The position numbers and the translations under genes are program-made. The notes below the pieces were generated by a model. It made no database searches and was not told the DNA's origin. It was given only the letters and a program-made list of their open reading frames with translations. Source: Candidatus Kapaibacterium sp. (GTDB taxonomy: Bacteria; Bacteroidota; Ignavibacteria; Kapaibacteriales; UBA2268). Taken from it: a stretch of 64,000 nucleotides of DNA. The stretch spans positions 4,736,001 through 4,800,000 of the forward strand of contig OY762428.1 of assembly GCA_963665665.1 (NCBI GenBank), read 5' to 3'. Below, piece by piece: positions 18,676 to 26,607 of this stretch (the stretch's first letter is position 1; each line of letters begins with the position of its first letter).

Positions 18676-19245
18676 AGCTTCCCGAGCGTTCCCTCGTGCC
18701 TGCCGAGCATTCCCTCGTGCTTCCCGAGCGTTCCCTCATGCCTGCCGAGCGTTCCCTCATGCCTGCCGAGCGTTCCCTCGTGCTTCCCGAGCGTTCCCTC
18801 ATGCCTGCCGAGCGTTCCCTCATGCCTGCCGAGCGTTCCCTCGTGCTTCCCGAGCATTCCCCCGTGCCTGCCGAGCATTCCCTCATGCCTGCCGAGCGTT
18901 ACCCCGAGCTTCCCGAGCGTTCCCTCGAGCTTTCCGAGCATTACCCCGAGCCTGATTATCGCAGATATATGTCATGTTAGCGTTGGGATGTGCCGTCTTA
19001 GCGTTGGTTTGTGCCATCATAGCCTTGGTGCGTGTCATCATAGCCTTGGTGCGTGCCGTCTTAGCCTTGGTGCGTGTCATCATAGCCTTGGTGCGTGTCA
19101 TCATAGCCTTGGTGCGTGTCATCATAGCCTTGGTGCGTGTCATCATAGCCTTGGTGCGTGCCGTCTTAGCCTTGGTGCATGTCATCTTAGCGTTGGGATG
19201 TGCCGTATTAGCGTTGGTTCATGCCGTCTTAGCCTTGGTTTGTGC
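18676..19245 (-). repeat. Bipartite 21-bp tandem array, copy 2 (inverted relative to copy 1)
   Basis: On the minus strand: ~13 type-A units, the same ATGACATATATC(A/T)GCGATAATCAGGCTC junction as copy 1, then ~13 type-B units. Confidence 0.95.
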
Positions 19246-19730
19246 TTTCAAAAACACTTTTTCAGGTAAAATTTTACTCAGAAAACACAGAGTTTCACTT
19301 TTTTGATATAGAATTTCGTTCTATTGGTCCGTTCGGTCCCTATATTCAATCAATGCTTCGATCCGATAATGCCTCTGTTTGCTTTTACCGTGTGATTATT
19401 TCATTTATAAATATTGGAGTTTGCTATGCCCGGCAATGTTGAGAATCCATCAGCACATAATTTCCGTTGGATAGGGGAGGAAATGCATCAGGCGCTTTGC
19501 CGTGACAGTATTATCATTTCGTTGATACTCAGCAAATATGATATTATTATACATATCTGAAAAAATTATCCTTAATGTATCAAAAAATGAAATCAATTAA
19601 GCATGATGCTTCAAAAACAATATATTGAAATGTATAATTTTCTTAAATTTGATAAACCTTTTTCAATTTTTTTAAATTGAAGAGTCGTGATTTTTGAAAA
19701 ATATAAGTAAAATAAATTAGCAGAATTAAA

Positions 19731-20759
19731 ATGATTGATCTTAGAAGCGATACCTTTACCGTACCTACAGAGGAAATGAGACAGGCAATGGCAAATGCTG
19801 CCGTCGGCGATGATGTTTTTGGCGAAGACCCGACAGTGAATGAATTGCAGGACTATACAGCGAGGCTCCTTGGCAAAGAAGCCGGACTTTATGTTGCTTC
19901 CGGAGTGATGGGAAACCAGATAGCCCTGGCGGTTCATACCGAAGCCGGAGACGAAGTGATTATCGAGGAAGAAGCGCATATATTCTATTACGAGGCCGCG
20001 TCGCCCTCAATAATATCTCGTGTGCAGTTAAGAACGCTGCCTTCGGATAATGGAGTTATTCCCCTGGAAAAGATTGAAGCTGCTATTCGTCCTGATGACC
20101 TGCATTTCCCGAAAACCCAGCTTATATGCCTTGAAAATACACACAACAGGCACGGAGGAACAATTCTGCCTCTTGATTATTTAAAGGAAGTACGCATGCT
20201 GGCAGACAAACACGGCCTGGGGCTGCACTGCGACGGGGCCAGAATGTGGAATGCCTGCGCAGCGGCAAATATCAGCCCTGAGGAATTTGCCAGCCCCTTC
20301 GATACTCTTTCGGTGTGCCTTTCCAAGGGGCTGGGGGCGCCTGTCGGTTCAGTTATCGTAGGCAGCAGGGAGCAAATTGACAAAGCCCGCAAATGGCGCA
20401 AGAGGCTTGGCGGTGGAATGAGGCAGGCCGGAATTATTGCTGCCGGTGGCCTGTATGCCCTGAAAAATAACTTCACGCTGCTTCAGGGAACCCACGAAAC
20501 AGCGAAGGATTTTGCCGAAATAGTAAATGAATCGAAGAATATTGATATTTCCCGCGATGATGTGCATACCAATATCGTTATTTTCCGTATAGATAACAAA
20601 ATTGATGCCGCCGAACTTGAATCTAAACTACGGGACAGGGGAGTGCTCGTTATTCCTTTCGGGCCGGATAAAATCAGGGCTGTATTCCACTTCCAGACAA
20701 GCCGCGAGGATGCCCTTCGGGCAGCAAAAATAATCAGGGATACCGCCTGTGAATGGTAG
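19731..20759 (+). CDS. ltaE: Low-specificity L-threonine aldolase
   Basis: [44 protein letters not shown]-lysine motif. Confidence 0.92.
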   Translation: MIDLRSDTFTVPTEEMRQAMANAAVGDDVFGEDPTVNELQDYTARLLGKEAGLYVASGVMGNQIALAVHTEAGDEVIIEEEAHIFYYEAASPSIISRVQLRTLPSDNGVIPLEKIEAAIRPDDLHFPKTQLICLENTHNRHGGTILPLDYLKEVRMLADKHGLGLHCDGARMWNACAAANISPEEFASPFDTLSVCLSKGLGAPVGSVIVGSREQIDKARKWRKRLGGGMRQAGIIAAGGLYALKNNFTLLQGTHETAKDFAEIVNESKNIDISRDDVHTNIVIFRIDNKIDAAELESKLRDRGVLVIPFGPDKIRAVFHFQTSREDALRAAKIIRDTACEW

Positions 20760-20962
20760 ATAGTTTGATAACCGGAATAAAATGATTATCATTCCCAATT
20801 TCCACCTGGTAATGAGTATTAGAACAAAGTTTCAGTTTGAAATCCAAAGCATTGCTTTATTTGATAATATAATTGGAAAGGCTATTTTGGTATAAGTTGA
20901 AAACTATTTTTTTATATTTGTGGAATGATAATCGTTAATAACTGAATAATTGGAGAAGGGGA

Positions 20963-21517
20963 ATGCCATATTTTGCAAGATTAAAAGAAGAATTGAAAGA
21001 CAATAGGTTCAGAAGAGAATGTAGTCCCGAAGAATTAAAAAAACTTGAAGAAACCTTAAATCTTAAACTTCCGGAATCCTATAGGGAATATATGCTGTTC
21101 TGTGGAAATTCGAGACCTTGGTTTTTTAGCCAGTATATAACAAATCTTTGTGGATATTATGATAATTTTTTAGAGATGAGAACCTTGTGCCAGGAAGCCA
21201 TGGATGAAAGTTATCCGGGGAAGTTTATATTGCCTGCCAATGCCCTTGTTTTTCAGGAATGGCAAGGTTATAAATATTATTTTTTTCTGGATAATGAAGG
21301 TGATGATCCCCCTGTTTATTTGTTTTATGCAAAATGTTGGAATGATAAGAATGATTTTAAAAAAGGTAGTGAGGAATACATATTAGCAAGAGACCAGGAA
21401 AACGGAATAATATCCAAATGCAACGATAGCTTTTCGGAATACATTAACTTTAAACTTGATAAAGCAATAAAAGATGATAGCTTTAAAAGTCATGATTATG
21501 AATATAGAGATAGATAG
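20963..21517 (+). CDS. SMI1/KNR4 (SUKH) family immunity protein
   Basis: SPEELKKLEETLNLKLPESYREYM...DDPPVY...SFSEY pattern; GGAG SD; TATATTTG box at 20913-20920. Confidence 0.85.
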   Translation: MPYFARLKEELKDNRFRRECSPEELKKLEETLNLKLPESYREYMLFCGNSRPWFFSQYITNLCGYYDNFLEMRTLCQEAMDESYPGKFILPANALVFQEWQGYKYYFFLDNEGDDPPVYLFYAKCWNDKNDFKKGSEEYILARDQENGIISKCNDSFSEYINFKLDKAIKDDSFKSHDYEYRDR

Positions 21518-21595
21518 AATTGGGACATTTAAAAGATATACTTTGGTGTTATTTCAATTATTTTCATTTCTAACCAAACAAAATCCGGAGTGTTT

Positions 21596-21716
21596 TCCCT
21601 CATTCCCAAATTCCACCTGGGAATGGGATTATTTCCTGAAAAGTTCTACTTTGGAATTATGGAGCTTAGCTTCAAAAGAAAACTGCATTACGAAGTACAA
21701 CTTCGTAATGAGGGGG
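21596..21716. repeat. REP-like double-hairpin element
   Basis: CATTCCCA-AATTCCACC-TGGGAATG plus CATTACGAAGT-ACA-ACTTCGTAATG; degenerate first-arm copy at ~20789-20816. Confidence 0.7.
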
Positions 21717-21886
21717 AATGTATGAAGAATGGATACTTCGCTTCGCTCAGTATGACAATACACCCAGAGCATCGCAAAATTCAATAGCAAGGTGCTCTAT
21801 CTCGTGGATAATAGCACCTTGTTTTACTTCAAAGCCCTTCCTTCGGGGAATTATTTGGAATAATCAATAACAGCTAATTTATGAAT

Positions 21887-23665
21887 CTACTCTTCTTCTT
21901 TTTTTATCAAAGCTATGGATAGTTCTTCAAGTTGCTTTGTATCAACATAAGAAGGGCATCCGTCCATAAGCGACAGCCCGCTGGTTGTTTTCGGGAAAGC
22001 AATAACGTCGCGGATATTGTCGATACCTGAAAGTATCATAACCAGCCTGTCCAGTCCGAGAGCTAATCCTCCGTGTGGCGGAGCGCCGTATTGCAGAGCG
22101 TTCAGCAGGAATCCGAATTTATCTTCTGCCTCTTCCTTACTCATACCGAGAAGCGAGAACATTTTTTCCTGAATTTCATTGTCATGTATCCTGATAGAAC
22201 CGCCACCTACTTCGGCGCCGTTTATTACCAGGTCGTATGCATTTGCCCTGACCTTTTCCGGTTCATTTTCCATCAGTTCAATATCATCTGTTTTTGGCAT
22301 TGTAAAGGGGTGATGCATAGCAATATATCGTTCTGATTCCTCATCGTATTCAAGCAGGGGGAAGTCAACTACCCAGCTGAATGAGAAATCTGATTTAATC
22401 TTGTCCATGATTCCTGTCTGCCTGGCGATTTCAAGCCTTAAAGCGCCAAGAATGGTATAGGTTCTTGTCCAGGAGTCGGAGGAAATAAGAATAAGGTCGC
22501 CGTCAACAGCTTCGGCAGCTGTGATAATTGAATTCAGTTCATCATCACTAAGGAATTTTGCTATGGGGGAGTTTACTTTTCCATCAACGAGTTTTATCCA
22601 TGCCAGGCCTTTCGCGCCGTATTTTTTTGCAAATTCGGTAAGTCCGTCAATCTGTTTTCTGGAGTATCCTGCGCAACCTTTAGCATTTATCAGGGCAACT
22701 TCTCCATTAGATTCAATCGCTCCGGAAAATACTTTAAATCCGCAGGATTTCAGGTTCTCGCTTACTGTTTTAATTTCCATTCCGAAACGCAGGTCAGGTT
22801 TGTCGCTGCCAAACCTTGTCATTGCTTCATTATATGTCATTCTTTTGAAAGGTGCATCGATATCAATATCAAGAATTTCTTTCCAAAGCTCCTTAATAAA
22901 TCCTTCTAATAATGAAATAATATCTTCCCTGTCTGCGAAAGACATTTCAAGGTCAACCTGGGTAAATTCAGGCTGACGGTCTGACCTGAGGTCCTCATCA
23001 CGGAAGCATTTCACAATCTGCATATACCTGTCGAATCCGGAAACCATGAGCAGCTGTTTATATACCTGCGGAGATTGCGGCAGGGCATAGAACCTGTTTT
23101 TGTTTATTCTTGACGGAACCAAAAAATCCCTGGCGCCTTCCGGTGTGGATTTCATCAGAACGGGAGTTTCTATTTCTATGAAATTATTTTCGGCAAAATA
23201 TCTATGAACAACCTGGTACATTTTGTTCCGGATGATGAAATTTTTCTGAATAACCGGGCGGCGAAGATCAATAAACCTGTATTTAAGCCTGGTTTCTTCA
23301 TTTGTTTCAATGTCATCTTCAACTTCAAAGGGGGGAAGCTTTGCTTTATTTATCACACCAAAATCAGAAATTTCAACTTCAATAAGTCCGGTTGGCATGT
23401 TCGGATTGGGGCTTTCTCTTTTCATTACGATACCTTTAGCCCAGATAACGAATTCCTGCCTTATATCCTTTGCTTTATCTGCAAGGTCAGCTCTTTTTTC
23501 CGGGTGAATAACAAGCTGTGTAAGGCCATACCTGTCTCTCAGATCAAAAAATATTAATCCGCCAAGGTCACGCCTTGAATCTATCCATCCATTCAGAATT
23601 ACTTCTTTACCTTCGTCTTCAATTCTTAATTCGCCACAAGTAATGTTTCTCTTTTCAAAACTCAT
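21887..23665 (-). CDS. aspS: Aspartate--tRNA ligase
   Basis: RRDLGGLIFFDLRD OB-fold, STPEGARDF, FRDEDLRSDRQPEFTQ, GAPPHGG motifs. Confidence 0.97.
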   Translation of the reverse strand: MSFEKRNITCGELRIEDEGKEVILNGWIDSRRDLGGLIFFDLRDRYGLTQLVIHPEKRADLADKAKDIRQEFVIWAKGIVMKRESPNPNMPTGLIEVEISDFGVINKAKLPPFEVEDDIETNEETRLKYRFIDLRRPVIQKNFIIRNKMYQVVHRYFAENNFIEIETPVLMKSTPEGARDFLVPSRINKNRFYALPQSPQVYKQLLMVSGFDRYMQIVKCFRDEDLRSDRQPEFTQVDLEMSFADREDIISLLEGFIKELWKEILDIDIDAPFKRMTYNEAMTRFGSDKPDLRFGMEIKTVSENLKSCGFKVFSGAIESNGEVALINAKGCAGYSRKQIDGLTEFAKKYGAKGLAWIKLVDGKVNSPIAKFLSDDELNSIITAAEAVDGDLILISSDSWTRTYTILGALRLEIARQTGIMDKIKSDFSFSWVVDFPLLEYDEESERYIAMHHPFTMPKTDDIELMENEPEKVRANAYDLVINGAEVGGGSIRIHDNEIQEKMFSLLGMSKEEAEDKFGFLLNALQYGAPPHGGLALGLDRLVMILSGIDNIRDVIAFPKTTSGLSLMDGCPSYVDTKQLEELSIALIKKEEE

Positions 23666-23745
23666 TAAAAAACTCCGTTGATAAATTGTTTATTACTTTT
23701 ATACAAAAGTAACACTTTATTATTTTAAAAAGGATATTTTGAAAT

Positions 23746-23772
23746 AAAAAAAACCATCCCGGAGGATGGTTT
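23746..23772 (-). terminator. Intrinsic terminator
   Basis: AAACCATCC-CGGA-GGATGGTTT stem followed by U-tract on the minus strand. Confidence 0.75.
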
Positions 23773-23796
23773 GATATAAATATTCTGATCAAACAA

Positions 23797-24186
23797 TTAA
23801 TCGGGATCTTTACCTGATACAATCCAGTCTTCACCGTCCTTTTGCCAATTAGCGTTTGATGAAGCGTCTATGTATCTTTCCCAATTATAAATTCCTGTTT
23901 CTTTGGCAATTCTCTTGAACTGCATAGTAGTAATTTTATCATTAAGTATAACAACAGATCTTTGCATTCCCTTTTCTTTATATAACTTCTGACCTTCCTG
24001 CATATAGTGCTGTGAATCCGGCGGTAATGGCTTTAAATTCCGCATATCAACGAAAACTCCAAAATTGCCTGATTGGCCGGTTAGTGTTGCTTTCGATTCT
24101 TCAACCCACTTCTGCATTTCTGCCGGTTCAATAAAACCGCCCAATTCCAGGTGGTAGCCAAATGGTTTCTTTGTGATTTTATACAT
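23797..24186 (-). CDS. Small hypothetical protein, STAS/SEC14-like
   Basis: 129 aa with GVFVDMRNLKPL beta-strand/loop pattern; AGGTG SD; own terminator. Confidence 0.7.
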   Translation of the reverse strand: MYKITKKPFGYHLELGGFIEPAEMQKWVEESKATLTGQSGNFGVFVDMRNLKPLPPDSQHYMQEGQKLYKEKGMQRSVVILNDKITTMQFKRIAKETGIYNWERYIDASSNANWQKDGEDWIVSGKDPD

Positions 24187-24622
24187 ATTAACACCTGTAA
24201 GTTATAAGAAGTATCTTCAGTAATTTCTTCTAATAAATAAATAACACGTTCATAATTATAATATATTGTATTTATTAGATTTGTATAAATATCTACGCTA
24301 TTAAAATAATTATTTGGAATGTGTTTTAATACAATATTCAGCTTTTACTGTCCTTGCAACACTGATCCAATGGAAGGGCTATGAAATGCTCCCTATTGCT
24401 TAGACAAATAAAAGTATAGTTTATGGTGTTTATTAATCTATACTTCTTCTCTAATAAAATAAGAAAAAAATATGTAATAATATTAATTTTTCTTTTTTTT
24501 GCTACTTTTTTTTCTTTTTGTTAACAACCTGGAAATTGTGGATAACTTTCATTCTCCTTTCTATTTCTTTTTTTTATCAATTGCTTACCGGATTGCATTT
24601 TTTCACTTTTCCAACAAAGTTT

Positions 24623-25468
24623 TCAATTAACGAACCGCTGTTCGTTCATATATTTTTCAGCCGGAATCTGGTATTCAATTCCTGCGTGCGGCCTCGTGTT
24701 GTTATACCAATCGACATAAGCCTTTATACCGCCATAGAGATCTTTTCCGTCTTCGTAAGACTTCAGATACAGGTCTTCGTATTTAAAGCTCCGCCAGAAG
24801 CGTTCTATGTAAACATTGTCCAAGGCGCGGCCCTTGCCGTCCATGCTTACCTTTACATCAGCATCCAGAATCGTTTTCACAAAATCATTGCTCGTGAACT
24901 GACTGCCCTGATCCGTGTTTGTTATTTCCGGTTTCCTGGTTTTCAAAGACCTTTTTATTGTATCTATGCAGAACCCCTTCTCAAGGTTGTTCGATAATTC
25001 CCAGTCAACGATGTATCTGCTATAAACATCTATAATTGCTATAAGATACATAAATCCTTTACGCATCGGAATATATGTTATATCCAGGCTCCAAACCTGA
25101 TCCGGACGACTTATTTTCATATCCCTCAACAGGTATGGATAAATTTTGTGCTCCTTGTTCGGCTTGCTCGTGTCCGGTTGGGGATATATTGCCCGAAGTC
25201 CCAATAATTTCATTAATCGCCTGATTCGTTTATAGTTAACATGGTATCCCAAAGAACGTAAGTGTGCTGTCATTTTTCTGGCTCCATAAAATGGAGTAAT
25301 CGCGAATTGTTCTTTGATCAGCTTCATATATAGAATATTTGCTTCACTTTCACCCTTGGGTTTGTAATAATAACAGCTCCTGCTAATACCCAAAAGCTCG
25401 CACTGCCGGCTTATGCTAATTTCTTTATTATCAGCATCTACCATCTTCCTGCGTTCTTCTTTACTCAC
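24623..25468 (-). CDS. IS3 transposase OrfB (DDE/rve)
   Basis: WSLDITYI, NTDQGSQF and DNVYIERFWRSFKYE catalytic DDE motifs. Confidence 0.93.
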   Translation of the reverse strand: MSKEERRKMVDADNKEISISRQCELLGISRSCYYYKPKGESEANILYMKLIKEQFAITPFYGARKMTAHLRSLGYHVNYKRIRRLMKLLGLRAIYPQPDTSKPNKEHKIYPYLLRDMKISRPDQVWSLDITYIPMRKGFMYLIAIIDVYSRYIVDWELSNNLEKGFCIDTIKRSLKTRKPEITNTDQGSQFTSNDFVKTILDADVKVSMDGKGRALDNVYIERFWRSFKYEDLYLKSYEDGKDLYGGIKAYVDWYNNTRPHAGIEYQIPAEKYMNEQRFVN

Positions 25469-25748
25469 GGCCCAATTTTTTTTTTAACCAGTCTAATTCA
25501 ATTTTTAGCCGGCCTATTTCTTCATATAATACTGATTCGTCTTTTTCTTTTTTATTCTTCCCTGGCCCACGCTTGTTTTCAAATACTTCCTTTTCACTTT
25601 CTTTTAAATGCTTTTTCCACATGCTTATCTGGTTTGGATGAACCCCGTACTCCGATGCCAGCTCGGTTATTGTTTTTCTCTCTTGGACTGCCTCCAGGGC
25701 TACCTGCATTTTGAATTTTGAACTGTAATTTCTTCGTTTGTTTGCCAT
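25461..25748 (-). CDS. IS3 transposase OrfA (HTH); -1 frameshift into OrfB
   Basis: FKMQVALEA...ELASEYGVHPNQISMWKK HTH; A10 slippery run at 25476-25485. Confidence 0.92.
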   Translation of the reverse strand: MANKRRNYSSKFKMQVALEAVQERKTITELASEYGVHPNQISMWKKHLKESEKEVFENKRGPGKNKKEKDESVLYEEIGRLKIELDWLKKKLGRE

Positions 25749-26053
25749 TTGATGCTCCTTTTGATTTTTTGCAAGTTAAGAATATCTTATCTTAATTCGC
25801 TGTTATTTTTGAAGGAAGCCGCTCACTAAGTTGTAACGGTTTATTATCCGGACAGAATTATACTACTTATAAATTCCGGATATGCATTCAACTTGAATTT
25901 TTCGTAATAATTGAGTGAAATTGATAATAAATATTGATCTTTTGTAATATTACTAATTGTTTTAAATCTGCTAACATCTTACAGAATATGTGTTTAAAAT
26001 TGGCATGTTAATTGATAATAAATATTGAAAAAATAATTATCACGAGGTGATTT

Positions 26054-26524
26054 ATGGAAACTAAAATAAGAAAACATCATTATACTTTCGCACACATGGT
26101 GCTGAATAAGTATGCTTTCAAAGATCCTGAAAGTTTGTATGGCATTATCGATTCTGATGACGGTAATGATTTTCTGAAAAAACTTTGGGCTGAAACAGGA
26201 GAATTGATAAGCAAAGAAGATAATGTTCTGCCTGATTCAGGTTTGAATCTGGAAATTAATAAAATCAATGATGACCTGGATGCCGCAATAATCAGAATGC
26301 CTGAAGCTGTGAACGCTACCGAAGCAGGTTTTATTGCTTTGGTGCCGTACAAAGATCAGGGTATCAGGAAATTCAAATATTATGTCCTGGAATATATAAA
26401 TAAAAATATAGCCAGTATCTGTGAATGGACACAGGATGATAAGTATCTGAAAATAATAGAGACAACTGAAAATAATCTGGAAACATTCGTCTCAAAATTA
26501 AACGATATAATCATTATCGAGTAA
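26054..26524 (+). CDS. Hypothetical protein
   Basis: 156-aa ORF with GAGGTG SD; RKHHYTFAH N-terminal motif. Confidence 0.75.
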   Translation: METKIRKHHYTFAHMVLNKYAFKDPESLYGIIDSDDGNDFLKKLWAETGELISKEDNVLPDSGLNLEINKINDDLDAAIIRMPEAVNATEAGFIALVPYKDQGIRKFKYYVLEYINKNIASICEWTQDDKYLKIIETTENNLETFVSKLNDIIIIE

Positions 26525-26607
26525 AAGATATTGGTTTTGAATTGAATATTTTCTATAATTGTACCAAAGTTATAAGATTGGTACAATTATAAAGTGTATT
26601 GTTTGTC

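Larger units (their letters stand above)
24382..25825 (-). mobile_element. IS3-family insertion sequence, 1444 bp, apparently complete
   Basis: TG...CA termini with imperfect IRs (TGAGCGGCTTCCT / TGAAATGCTCCCT); CTA duplicated at 24379-24381 and 25826-25828; orfA/orfB inside. Confidence 0.88.

Noticed and set aside
13322-19245. Diversity-generating retroelement or retron
   Set aside because: No reverse transcriptase; repeat differences are not adenine-specific and the repeats are non-coding.
18883-19245. TGA recoding suggested by CGA/TGA/TGG alternation in the repeat frame
   Set aside because: TGA is used as a normal stop in the window (e.g. the CHAD, KilA-N and DUF1573 genes).
18608-19306. 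Multiple overlapping ORFs over the tandem arrays (also 81-491)
   Set aside because: Open frames on both strands are an expected by-product of a stop-poor 21-bp repeat; no RBS or domain evidence.
21474-21787. Short ORFs across the REP-like cluster (likewise 44137-44325, 48463-48721, 60521-60712)
   Set aside because: They are translations of palindromic repeat DNA.
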